Positions 37,736 to 46,697 of a stretch of 64,000 nt of DNA are shown here, in pieces. The stretch lies in NCBI GenBank assembly GCA_038999725.1, contig JAWBWS010000001.1:41620-105619 (forward strand). Direction: 5' to 3'. The translations under genes and the position numbers were made by a program. Position 1 is the first letter of the stretch. Each line of letters opens with the position of its first letter. The DNA comes from Candidatus Aenigmatarchaeota archaeon. GTDB lineage: Archaea > Aenigmatarchaeota > Aenigmatarchaeia > CG10238-14 > SCSR01. The notes under the pieces were generated by a model. The model was not told the DNA's origin. It searched no databases and was given only the letters and a program-made list of their open reading frames with translations.

Positions 37736-38446
37736 ATGTTCAATCGGAAATCACTAAGAGAAATAGAAATTGATGCATACAGAAATTGTCAACTCAAAAT
37801 TTTGTCTTTGCTAGATCCTCCAGAGGGAGAGAAAAATTTAAAACTTCTTGACATTGGTTGCGGTGATGGTAGCTTTTCACTTGAAGTAGCTAAAAAATGT
37901 AATGCAAAAGAAATTCATGGATTGGAAATAAATAAAGATGTTTTAGAAAAAGCGAAAAAGAAAGGAATTAAAATACACGAAGGGGATGCAAATAAAAAAT
38001 TTCCTTTTAAAGACAATTTCTTTGATGTGATTATAGCCAATCAAGTTGTTGAACATTTATTAAATCCTGACAATTTTTTTGAAGAAATTCACAGGATATT
38101 GAAACCAAATGGATATTGTATAATATCCACCCCCAATTTATGTTCACTACATAATAGAATTTTTATATTGCTTGGGTGGCAAATCACGAATATTTCACCA
38201 AGCACAAAAGTTGTTTTTGGTAATCCTAACAGAGGTGCCCAAAGTAATATGTGGGGTCCATATAGACATTTAACTATATTCTCCCCACCTGCATTAAAAG
38301 AAATGTCCGAGTTTTATGGACTTAAGGTGGAAAAAATTACTGGAAGTGGGTTCCATCCCTTTAAGTCTCCAATGTCAAATTTCCTATCGACAATTTTTCC
38401 AAAATTGTCTGTCTTTCTCCTCGTAAAAGCGAGAAAACTAAAGTGA
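37736..38446 (+). CDS. Class I SAM-dependent methyltransferase
   Basis: LLDIGCGDG; FPFKDNFFDVI; VVEHL; LKPNG...STPN. Confidence 0.92.
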   Translation: MFNRKSLREIEIDAYRNCQLKILSLLDPPEGEKNLKLLDIGCGDGSFSLEVAKKCNAKEIHGLEINKDVLEKAKKKGIKIHEGDANKKFPFKDNFFDVIIANQVVEHLLNPDNFFEEIHRILKPNGYCIISTPNLCSLHNRIFILLGWQITNISPSTKVVFGNPNRGAQSNMWGPYRHLTIFSPPALKEMSEFYGLKVEKITGSGFHPFKSPMSNFLSTIFPKLSVFLLVKARKLK

Positions 38447-38617
38447 TTTTGTTGATTCTTCTGCTAAAGTCTGTTAAAAATTTTGTTAATATGTGTTATG
38501 GTAATTACTGGAATTTACCGTTGCTTAGCTTTTTAAGCTCCTTAACTATTTCCTCTTTAAACGAAAAGTCTATTGTGGAAAATAAAAAAAAGAAAGAAAT
38601 ACTAAAGTTTGTTCCTT

Positions 38618-38914
38618 CTAGAACACTTCTACCAATGTTTCATAGATTATGAGCAAGGCCCCAAGCAAAGCTAAGAGCCAGGCTACAAGCTCAAAAGCCT
38701 CTTTGATCAATCCAATTTGTGGTGAGACGTACATTGTAACGGCCGGAACTGACCATGCTGCTACAGACAAGAAAAGAGCGGCAGCAACGGCTATGAGTTG
38801 CCATCCTTTTGTCATCTTTATTTTTGCGTACTGTGCCAAAGCTACTGCTAGAAGGAACCCTACACCCAAACCAAGAGCTCCTTCAAATATTACCATAGCT
38901 TCACCTAATTTCAA
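38618..38914 (-). CDS. Small 3-TM membrane protein
   Basis: Three hydrophobic helices; GGTGA SD before an internal ATG. Confidence 0.65.
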   Translation of the reverse strand: MKLGEAMVIFEGALGLGVGFLLAVALAQYAKIKMTKGWQLIAVAAALFLSVAAWSVPAVTMYVSPQIGLIKEAFELVAWLLALLGALLIIYETLVEVF

Positions 38915-39025
38915 TTAAAGTAAGACAAGTATTAAAAGCTTTCTTCATCACCCAACATAAACTATTGTCTAGTGATAAAAACTCTTCAGCTGTTTAATAG
39001 AATTTAAAAACAAGATTTTAATTAG

Positions 39026-39568
39026 ATGAGAATAGAACCTTCAAAGGCTTACAAACTTCTATCTCCAAGGATTGTTGTTTTACTTACAACAATAAACTCA
39101 AGGCATGGAATGAATGTTATACCGATTGATTTCATCAGTCAAGTAAACCATTCTCCTCCCATAATTATGGTGGCAATTCAAATAGGTAGCCAAACTTACA
39201 AGAACATAAAAGAAAATGGAGAGTTTGTAATAAACATTATGAGTAGAAAGCATTTTAATGAAGTGATGAGGTGTGCAACAAGATATCAAGAAGGAATAAA
39301 CAAGATACAACAAGTTGGCTTACACCATTTTTCTTCTCAATTAGTCAAGGCGCCTAGAATAAAAGAAGCAAAAGCTTGGTTGGAATGTAAATTTGTGGAT
39401 GAAATCCTTTTTAAAGATCATGCAGCAATCTTTGCTGAGATAATTTCTGCAGAGGTTTCTGACGAAATTGTGGTTAATGGTGAGATAGAATTCTCAAAAA
39501 TTAATCCAATTCTCTATATTACAAAAGACTACAAAATAGAGTTCAAAGTTATGAAAAAGAAAAAATAA
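39026..39568 (+). CDS. Flavin reductase-like (DIM6/NTAB family) FMN-binding protein
   Basis: VVLLTT; TYKNIKENGEFVIN; KAPRIKEAKAWLEC; DH. Confidence 0.88.
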   Translation: MRIEPSKAYKLLSPRIVVLLTTINSRHGMNVIPIDFISQVNHSPPIIMVAIQIGSQTYKNIKENGEFVINIMSRKHFNEVMRCATRYQEGINKIQQVGLHHFSSQLVKAPRIKEAKAWLECKFVDEILFKDHAAIFAEIISAEVSDEIVVNGEIEFSKINPILYITKDYKIEFKVMKKKK

Positions 39569-39582
39569 AAAATAATGAATCG

Positions 39583-39666
39583 CTACTCTTCTTCTGTTTC
39601 CTCTTCTTCCTCTTCTTCCCACTCTTCCTCTTCATTCCAAGTCTCATCAAATTCTTCAAACTCCAT
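39583..39666 (-). CDS. 27-aa hyper-acidic micropeptide (not in ORF track)
   Basis: MEFEEFDETWNEEEEWEEEEEEETEEE; GGTGA SD 5 nt upstream; TTTAAATA box at about 39705-39712. Confidence 0.6.
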   Translation of the reverse strand: MEFEEFDETWNEEEEWEEEEEEETEEE

Positions 39667-39812
39667 TTTTTTCACCTATATGTCTAAGTAAAGAAACGTC
39701 AAAGTATTTAAATCTTTACTATTTTTTAAAAAATCACCACTTTAGAGTGATTTTTCTGGATTGAAAAAAAAAATATAAAAGCTTAAATTTACTATTTCCT
39801 TATTTCTTTTTT

Positions 39813-40098
39813 GCAGGAGGTCCCTGGTCGGAGAGCTAGGCCCTCTCTACTGGCCTTGCCAGTGGCAAATGGTCTATATGGCCGACCAAAGCTCGAGGGC
39901 GGTGTAGCTCAGTGAACTATTCCAAGCTTGTCGACTGAGAAGTCTTGTCCCACAGGACCGACTTCCCATCAAACCCAGCCAGGCGAGGAATCGAGCAACT
40001 GTAAGATGGGTTGATCGGTGCTTGTGGCAAACAGGATGGAGAAGACGGCTTGGGTTAAATAGTTTGTTGAGTTACATCCACCGAGAGCGACCTCCTGC
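39813..40098 (+). ncRNA. Archaeal signal recognition particle (7S) RNA
   Basis: 10-bp terminal helix GCAGGAGGTC/GACCTCCTGC; helix 8 motif GCCAGG-CGA-GGAA-TCG-AGCA; GC-rich island of about 286 nt. Confidence 0.92.
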
Positions 40099-40130
40099 TT
40101 TTTTATTTTGAAAAAAACAAGTGATTTAAT

Positions 40131-40871
40131 ATGAAACGTTTATCTTTGCTTTTAATTTTTGTTTTTTTGATTAGCCTAATCATCTTGAATTTTTTCACTA
40201 TAAGCTTCATACCAACAAAAACTGAAACAATAACGATAACTCCCGCTGAAAAAAATCTCTCTTCAAAAAATGTAATTAAACTAAAAGTGCCAGCAATTGA
40301 TGAAAATGGAAATGGTGTTTTAACTATTTTGATAGTGGAAGCTGTTCCTGGAAAAGGAAGGGTCCTTACAGATATAGATCACCTCATCTTCTTCATCGAT
40401 ACTCAAAATTCAATTCAAATAGCAAAAGCCGTTGCACAAAATATAACTGGAATAGATACTTCAAAGGTTGATTTGATTTATCAGATAGAGACGAATGCCT
40501 CGGCAATAGGTGGGCCTTCTGCAGGGGCCGCTCTCACTATAGCGACTATAGCAGCTTTGGAAAATAAGACATTGAACGAAAAAGTTGGAATAACTGGAAC
40601 AATAAATCTTGATGGTAGTATTGGCCCTGTGGGGGGAATAGAGGAAAAAGCCAAAGCATCAAAAGAAGCTGGAATAGAAATTTTCTTGGTTCCAAAAGGT
40701 CAAGGTACAGGCATTACATACATACCAAAAAGGGAATGTAGAAAAATAGGACCCATTCTATTTTGCACTACTGAATATTCAATAAAAAAGGTTGATGTAA
40801 GTGAAAGTGTTGGCATCAAGGTTAAAGAGGTTAGCAACATTCAAGAAGCCTTAAAATACTTTTTAGAATAA
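40131..40871 (+). CDS. Membrane-anchored Lon (S16) proteolytic-domain protein lacking AAA+
   Basis: GGPSAGAA catalytic Ser; TGTI...GPVGGIEEKAKA catalytic Lys; N-terminal TM. Confidence 0.88.
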   Translation: MKRLSLLLIFVFLISLIILNFFTISFIPTKTETITITPAEKNLSSKNVIKLKVPAIDENGNGVLTILIVEAVPGKGRVLTDIDHLIFFIDTQNSIQIAKAVAQNITGIDTSKVDLIYQIETNASAIGGPSAGAALTIATIAALENKTLNEKVGITGTINLDGSIGPVGGIEEKAKASKEAGIEIFLVPKGQGTGITYIPKRECRKIGPILFCTTEYSIKKVDVSESVGIKVKEVSNIQEALKYFLE

Positions 40872-40872
40872 A

Positions 40873-41442
40873 GTGATTATCATGAGTTTGATAAAACTTT
40901 TCACAAAAGATGAAATAAAGGATTTAACCATTTCGGTGTTAGCAATTTCTCTGATTTTAGCTTTTCCCAGGTTTGAGCTTTTTTTATTATATCTAATTGT
41001 GGTTGTCATAGCTTTTGTTTTTCATGAACTAGCTCACAAGTTTGTAGCAATGAAATTTCATTGTGCAGCATTTTATGAGATGTGGCCTCTTGGTTTATTC
41101 TTTGGACTTTTACTCATGATCTTTGGAATCAAAATTCTTGCTCCTGGTGCTGTGATGATAATGCCATATAGATTTGGGAGATGGGGATTTAGAATAGCAA
41201 GATTAACTATTCCTGAAATTGGAATAATAGCTTTAGCAGGACCTGCTGTAAACCTTGCTTTTGCTTTAATTTTCTACCCCTTTCCTAGTTTGAGTTTTCT
41301 TTCAGATGTAAATGCTTGGCTCGCTTTTTTCAATCTACTTCCAATTCCTCCCTTGGATGGAAGTAAAGTTGTGCAATGGAAACCTTGGCTTTGGCTTTTG
41401 CTCATAATCTTTGCTTTTATTCTTGTTTCAAGATTCTTTTAA
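40873..41442 (+). CDS. Site-2 protease (M50 family)
   Basis: FHELAH; ALAGP; NLLPIPPLDG. Confidence 0.93.
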   Translation: MIIMSLIKLFTKDEIKDLTISVLAISLILAFPRFELFLLYLIVVVIAFVFHELAHKFVAMKFHCAAFYEMWPLGLFFGLLLMIFGIKILAPGAVMIMPYRFGRWGFRIARLTIPEIGIIALAGPAVNLAFALIFYPFPSLSFLSDVNAWLAFFNLLPIPPLDGSKVVQWKPWLWLLLIIFAFILVSRFF

Positions 41443-41451
41443 GTGAATTGA

Positions 41452-42717
41452 ATGAAAATTGTGACTGACTTCCATTTACATTCATTTTGGAGTAAAGCAA
41501 CAAGCAAAGAGATGAACCTTGATGGAATAGCTAAAGGTGCGAAAATCAAGGGTTTAAATCTCGTGGGCACCGGTGATTTCACACATCCCATGTGGTTGGC
41601 TGAGCTAAAAAGGAAATTGCAACCTGTGGAGGGTAGTGGCCTATTCAAGTATAAGGATATTTGGTTCATGCTTACAACAGAAGTAGGTACAATCTTTGAA
41701 TTTAAAGGAAAAATAAAAAATATTCATCACATCATCCATACATCATCTTTTGAGATTGTAGAACAAATAAATGAAGCTTTATCAAAGTATGGAAACTTGA
41801 AAGCAGACGGAAGACCAAATCTTAATCTTTCTGCACCCGAACTTGTCGAAATTTTGATGAACATTTCAGAAGATATTATGATAACAAGTAGCCATGCATG
41901 GACACCATGGCGGTCTGTTTTAGGAAGCAAGTCAGGATTTAATTCAATAGAAGAATGTTACCAAGATCAAACTAGATATATTTTTTCAATAGAAACAGGT
42001 CTAAGCAGCACTCCTGACATGAACTGGAGATTGTCTTCTTTGGATAAATTCACTTTGGTTTCCAATAGTGATAGCCATTCTCCTCATCCTTGGCGTTTGG
42101 GAAGGGAAGCAAATGTCTTTGATTTAAAAGATGTAAATTATTGGGAAATTATAGATGCGATAAAAAAGAAAGACAAAAAAAGGTTTTTGTACACGATTGA
42201 AGTTGATGCAAATTATGGTAAATATCACTGGGATGGTCATCGTAATTGTGGAATATCTTTGCACCCAAGAGATGCGGTTAAATTGAATAACATTTGCCCA
42301 AAATGTGGGAAAAAATTAACTATTGGAGTTCTGCATAGAGTTGAAGAATTAGCTGATAGGCCAGAAGGCTTTATTCCAAAAGATGCGATACCTTTTAAAA
42401 CTCTTTTACCTTTGTATGAAATAATTTCTTTTGCTTGGGGTATTGGAGAGCTTTATTCAAAAAAAGTTTTGGAAGAGCATGATAAGTTGATAGAAAAATT
42501 TGGGAGTGAGTTGAATGTTTTGCTAAATGTAACAAAAGAAGATTTACTAAAAGTTACGAATGAAAAAATTGCTGAAGCAATAATAAAGGTTAGAGAGGGA
42601 AGAGTTAAATATAAACCTGGTGCAGATGGGGAATATGGCACCCCTATATTTGATGAAAATTTTAAAAGAGAAAAAGAAAGTTTTCAATCTCAAAAGAACT
42701 TAAGACAATTTACCTAG
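41452..42717 (+). CDS. Endonuclease Q family (PHP domain plus Zn ribbon)
   Basis: DFHLHS; GTGDFTHP; ETGLS; SNSDSHS; GKYHWDGHRNC; CPKCG. Confidence 0.9.
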   Translation: MKIVTDFHLHSFWSKATSKEMNLDGIAKGAKIKGLNLVGTGDFTHPMWLAELKRKLQPVEGSGLFKYKDIWFMLTTEVGTIFEFKGKIKNIHHIIHTSSFEIVEQINEALSKYGNLKADGRPNLNLSAPELVEILMNISEDIMITSSHAWTPWRSVLGSKSGFNSIEECYQDQTRYIFSIETGLSSTPDMNWRLSSLDKFTLVSNSDSHSPHPWRLGREANVFDLKDVNYWEIIDAIKKKDKKRFLYTIEVDANYGKYHWDGHRNCGISLHPRDAVKLNNICPKCGKKLTIGVLHRVEELADRPEGFIPKDAIPFKTLLPLYEIISFAWGIGELYSKKVLEEHDKLIEKFGSELNVLLNVTKEDLLKVTNEKIAEAIIKVREGRVKYKPGADGEYGTPIFDENFKREKESFQSQKNLRQFT

Positions 42718-42929
42718 TTTAAATTGATTTAATGAAAGAAATCATGAAATTGAAATTCCATCCTTTTGGACCTTTTGAAATTTGCAATCGGGAATAAGAC
42801 GTGAAAGTTGTGTTAAAACTAAGGAGAAATGAAAAATAGGAAAACCTATTAATTAAAAAGAAATTCATAAATTTTCGTTTAATTTAGAAGCTACTCAAAT
42901 TAAATTTATGAATGTAATAAATTATTAGT

Positions 42930-43011
42930 GGGTCCGTGGTCTAACGGTAGGACGCCAAGAAAGCGGAACCCTCACACGGTGGAGAATTGGGTTCAACTCC
43001 CAACGGACCCA
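42930..43011 (+). tRNA. tRNA-Val(CAC) with 11-nt intron at 29/30 (42958-42968)
   Basis: GGGTCCG/CGGACCC acceptor; CCACC/GGTGG stem restored on intron removal; 71 nt mature. Confidence 0.88.
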
Positions 43012-43043
43012 CAAATTTAAACAAATAAAATAATTTATTCTAT

Positions 43044-43817
43044 ATGTTTGAAATCCTGAAAGAGTTTTTTCATTTCATGTTCCTACCCCAACCAGAATAC
43101 ACTTTTTTGAATACTCTTGTTTATTCAATTGGCTTTGTTATTGCGTCCTATCTTTTCTTCCTATTTTTAAGAAGAATGAAAATTAAAATAGATAAAAAGT
43201 TTGCGATTTCTATCTTTCCCTTCTTGATTCTTGGTAGCAGCTTAAGGGTTTTTGTGGATGATAAAATTTTTGAAAGCATTTTTCTTGTAACTCCATTGAT
43301 CTACCTAACAATTGGCTTCATTTTCACTCTTGTTTTATTATTTTCAATTTTCTTGGAAAGAAAATGTAAAATACCCTACTTTAAAATAGTTTTTTGTACA
43401 GGAATTTTATTATCTCTACCATTTCTCCTAATTCTTTTGATTAAAGCCGTAAATCTCCCTGCTTTCCTTCTTGTATTGCTTTTTCTCTCGCCTTGGCTTA
43501 TCTTGCTAAAAATTATAAAATGGAAAAATGAAAATAAAATTACATTTCTTGCCCAAATTTTTGACGCAACTGTTACCTTTGTTGGCATAACTTTTTTCGG
43601 TTATAAAGAAATGCATGTCCTGCCAAAAATTTTAATTCAATCATTTGGCCCCCTCTCTTTCATATTTTTGAAAGCTCTTGTGATTTTTTCTATTCTAGCT
43701 TTGCTTGAAAAGGTAAAGGGAAAGAAAGAGATCAAAAGCTTCATCAAGCTGATGATAAGTATTCTTGGTGCTTCAACCGGGATTAGAGATTTTTTAAGGA
43801 TTTTACTCTTAGTTTAA
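43044..43817 (+). CDS. DUF63-family polytopic membrane protein
   Basis: YTFLNTLVY; GSSLRVFVD; QIFDATVTF; GIRDFLR. Confidence 0.8.
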   Translation: MFEILKEFFHFMFLPQPEYTFLNTLVYSIGFVIASYLFFLFLRRMKIKIDKKFAISIFPFLILGSSLRVFVDDKIFESIFLVTPLIYLTIGFIFTLVLLFSIFLERKCKIPYFKIVFCTGILLSLPFLLILLIKAVNLPAFLLVLLFLSPWLILLKIIKWKNENKITFLAQIFDATVTFVGITFFGYKEMHVLPKILIQSFGPLSFIFLKALVIFSILALLEKVKGKKEIKSFIKLMISILGASTGIRDFLRILLLV

Positions 43818-44917
43818 TATTGAGAAATCGTTAGAGTGACATCTTCAAGTGAATAGGATCCTCCCTTTTCTGTGGAAAATGAAATTGTGTTTATGCCGGC
43901 TTTAAGCTCAACTTCCTCCCCAAACCTTTTAACAAGGTAGTATGGTGGCACTTCATTGTAAATTATCTTATCATTTATTTTGATGATTAGATTTGTTGAT
44001 TTTGGTGGTGAAATTATTTCATGTGTCTTTGTGAATAGAGAAATTTTCCCTTCTTTGAAATTTTTAACCTCAAAATCTTCGAGAGAAAAATTAAATTCTC
44101 TGAAAATTGTTCCATTGTATTCTACCATGAATTTAACTAAAGGTATTTTGTAAAAAGAGGTTGACCAAAATACAAAACCTGGTGAACCTGCCCTCAAAAC
44201 TATTGAATTAGACTTTTTGATTAAATCTTTTGGAATTTCTACAATCACTTCACCAACTCCAACTTTTTTGTCAAAAATTTTGTTGTTATTAAACTCAACT
44301 ATCAAACTCCCTAAAGAATTTGTTTGGTCGATTACCATTTGCAAGTAAGCATTTAAAATTAAAGGCAACTTCTCTTCAGGAACTATTACTGCAAAACTTG
44401 AATAAAACTCTGAAAAGTAGCCTTTTTCCACTTTGAGATTTTCCACTTCCCTTATAACTTCCTCACCAACGATATAGCCAACATTAAAATCATCAAAAGA
44501 GAATGAAATTTTCTTTTCTTCTGTTTTCATCGAAACATTCACTGAGATTGGAATTACTTTTTTAAAACCAAGCGTTTCAACATAAATTTCTCCCCAATGT
44601 ACACCGTAAGATGCCCAGAATGGGACATTTACAAAAACTCTAACCTTTTCCTCTTTTTCCACGTTAAGTCTATCTCTCTCAAAACTTATCCAATTTGCAA
44701 TTTCTCCAGAACTTCTTAAAGTCACATTAGAAGCTGTGCCATTCATGAAGATGTAAAAAGAGGAAGAAGACCCTCTCTCTATGGTTAAATACTTTGACTC
44801 TGGCATGACTGTTATTTGAGTTGAGGCCTGTGAACTCCAAACAATAACCAAAATACCTATCAATATCAAACCTGCCATGAGAACAAACGCAAATTCATCA
44901 ATTTGAGCTTTCATCAA
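43814..44917 (-). CDS. Class III signal-peptide (type IV pilin-like) surface protein
   Basis: MMKAQIDEF followed by a hydrophobic stretch. Confidence 0.6.
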   Translation of the reverse strand: MMKAQIDEFAFVLMAGLILIGILVIVWSSQASTQITVMPESKYLTIERGSSSSFYIFMNGTASNVTLRSSGEIANWISFERDRLNVEKEEKVRVFVNVPFWASYGVHWGEIYVETLGFKKVIPISVNVSMKTEEKKISFSFDDFNVGYIVGEEVIREVENLKVEKGYFSEFYSSFAVIVPEEKLPLILNAYLQMVIDQTNSLGSLIVEFNNNKIFDKKVGVGEVIVEIPKDLIKKSNSIVLRAGSPGFVFWSTSFYKIPLVKFMVEYNGTIFREFNFSLEDFEVKNFKEGKISLFTKTHEIISPPKSTNLIIKINDKIIYNEVPPYYLVKRFGEEVELKAGINTISFSTEKGGSYSLEDVTLTISQY

Positions 44918-44955
44918 AAGCCCCTTAATTTTAATTATGTTTTAAAAAGAATAAG

Positions 44956-45153
44956 TTATTTTAACTTCTCTTCCCTCTTTTTTATAGAAGTTATATAGCC
45001 TGCAATTATATTCCTTATCCTTTTTGAGTTTATGTCAATAAGTTGACCAACAATTTTCTTGTTTGTCTCAAAATCTGTAGAAAATTTATCTCCATTTTTT
45101 TCAAGTAAATATCTTGCCACTCTCTTGACAAAAGAAGTTTTAATTCTTCCCAT
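44956..45153 (-). CDS. rps17e: 30S ribosomal protein S17e
   Basis: MGRIKT...DFETNKK...RNIIAGYIT. Confidence 0.97.
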   Translation of the reverse strand: MGRIKTSFVKRVARYLLEKNGDKFSTDFETNKKIVGQLIDINSKRIRNIIAGYITSIKKREEKLK

Positions 45154-45168
45154 CGAATCACTGAATCT

Positions 45169-45735
45169 CTATGGAGTAAGGCGCTTAATTTCGTAATAAG
45201 TGCAATCATTCTCTCTGTCTACAACCGCCCACACGAAAGTCGCCCTTATATTATGTGCAAGTCTCACTGCCCTCGACATTTCTGGTAAAGAAAAGGCTGC
45301 TTCTTCTGGAACAGCATGAACTACAAATTTTGTGTGTTCATGTGGGGCTTTTGGTCCTCTTACAAGCTTTACTCCTCTTTCGTAAACTCTGAAATGGGCA
45401 CCAAATTTAAAACCAGTTTTCACCAGATAGCCTCTCTCCCTCAAGTCGCGATAAACTACAAATTGAGGATGAAATTGGTTTACTATTTTTGTTGCAATTT
45501 CTAAAAACTCCTTCAAGTCTACATATCTCCTCTTTTCTCCCTCTTTTAAAAAAACTTTCATTCTCCCTTTCTCTAAAAGATAGGCTGCCTCCACGAGCTC
45601 CAATTCAAGCCTACTGGGATTTTCTTCAGGAACTGGTTTACCAAAACCAGAATCATCATAAAGTCTAACAGCATCCTTATCCCAAATTATTACTCTGTTT
45701 TCCACTAATTCTCCTTCCCAAATTTTCTCTGCCAT
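45169..45735 (-). CDS. endA: tRNA-intron (splicing) endonuclease, single-unit type
   Basis: LELVEAAYL; YRDLRERGY; KTGFKFGAHFRVY; RLAHNIR. Confidence 0.93.
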   Translation of the reverse strand: MAEKIWEGELVENRVIIWDKDAVRLYDDSGFGKPVPEENPSRLELELVEAAYLLEKGRMKVFLKEGEKRRYVDLKEFLEIATKIVNQFHPQFVVYRDLRERGYLVKTGFKFGAHFRVYERGVKLVRGPKAPHEHTKFVVHAVPEEAAFSLPEMSRAVRLAHNIRATFVWAVVDRENDCTYYEIKRLTP

Positions 45736-45780
45736 ACAACTATTTTTATTTTACTAGGTTTTAAAAACTTTTCTTAAAAA

Positions 45781-46293
45781 CTACACCCAAACTTTTTTAC
45801 GACAACTTTGGCAAAGCTCTTTATTTTTCCTGTCCACATCACCAATAGTGTTTGAAAAACTCATCACACATGTTGAAATTGAGCAATGACCTAAACCAAG
45901 CATATGACCAACCTCATGAATTGCTTCTTTGACTGCTCTTTCTATCAGAAGGTTTTTATCTGGTTTTTGTCTATAGAAAGTTGGATCAAGTCTATGGATT
46001 GAAACAACACCATAATTTCCATGATAATAAGCTTGACCAAAAACAAAATTCAAATTTTCGGCATAAAGATCTTTATCTGTAACCCCTAAAGTTTTATTTT
46101 GAAATTTTTCCGATAAAAATTTAAGTACAAGAGGAGCGGGATATTGGTGCCGAATCTCATTGTAAATTTCCTTCGGAATCTCTATTGGTCTTGTTGTCTC
46201 TGTACTCAACTCAAATTTTTCTCTTAATTCCGAAGCTATCGCCGTAAGTACCTCCTCGGGAATTTTTCCAAGCTGAACAATTGTGATTTTCAT
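45781..46293 (-). CDS. amzA: Archaemetzincin Zn-metalloprotease
   Basis: NFVFGQA; HEVGHMLGLGHC...CVMSFS. Confidence 0.93.
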   Translation of the reverse strand: MKITIVQLGKIPEEVLTAIASELREKFELSTETTRPIEIPKEIYNEIRHQYPAPLVLKFLSEKFQNKTLGVTDKDLYAENLNFVFGQAYYHGNYGVVSIHRLDPTFYRQKPDKNLLIERAVKEAIHEVGHMLGLGHCSISTCVMSFSNTIGDVDRKNKELCQSCRKKVWV

Positions 46294-46476
46294 AAAGATA
46301 ATTTAAGTTTAAAAAAAGAAAAAACAAGAGGATACATTAAAATTCAATTAACTCCACATTTTGTATTTTTATCATTCTTTATAGACTTTATTTAACCTTC
46401 TTCTGTGATTGTAAATGTCTATATTTTCGCTTTTTTGATTGCCATTAAAGAAGATGAATTTAAATTGAGTTTCTTG

Positions 46477-46581
46477 TGGGGCGGGTGGGATTTGAACCCA
46501 CAACACATCGCTCTTCAGGCGATCTAGAGCCAAATGGTTGCTCTCCCGGGTTGAGCTTGCGGTAATTAACATTACCGCCCC
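46477..46581 (-). tRNA. tRNA-Phe(GAA) with two non-canonical introns (46557-46572 at 9/10; 46524-46538 at 26/27)
   Basis: Removing 16+15 nt gives a 74-nt cloverleaf with ATCGC-CTGAAGA-GCGAT; both junctions have perfect 4-bp central helices (GCGG/CCGC, AGAG/CTCT). Confidence 0.87.
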
Positions 46582-46697
46582 GCTCCGCCCCATTTTTTAA
46601 TATTTTATTTTTAATAATTTATCTTGTTTATACTTTGAATAATTCTGGATCAAATCTCTGTAATTTCCAATAAAATTATAAAGATTAATTCTACACT

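Noticed and set aside
38443-38652. 69-aa plus-strand ORF after the methyltransferase
   Set aside because: Low-complexity AT-rich sequence with no recognisable motif, overlapping the convergent membrane gene; possibly island debris.
39813-40098. GC-rich island as RNase P RNA or an rRNA fragment
   Set aside because: No GAGGAAAGUCC-type P4 motif was seen; the SRP helix 8 motif and terminal helix fit 7S RNA.
42718-42929. AT-rich gap before tRNA-Val as a gene or element end
   Set aside because: Only very short ORFs, and no terminal repeats or stable structure seen.
45343-45370. Basic insertion in endA as a possible self-intron
   Set aside because: The only BHB-like pairing found (GCTT/AAGC) would excise 17 nt and break the frame, and it has no inner stem.
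46372-46593. 73-aa ORF in the track
   Set aside because: It overlaps the intron-containing tRNA-Phe; its GC-rich start is tRNA sequence.
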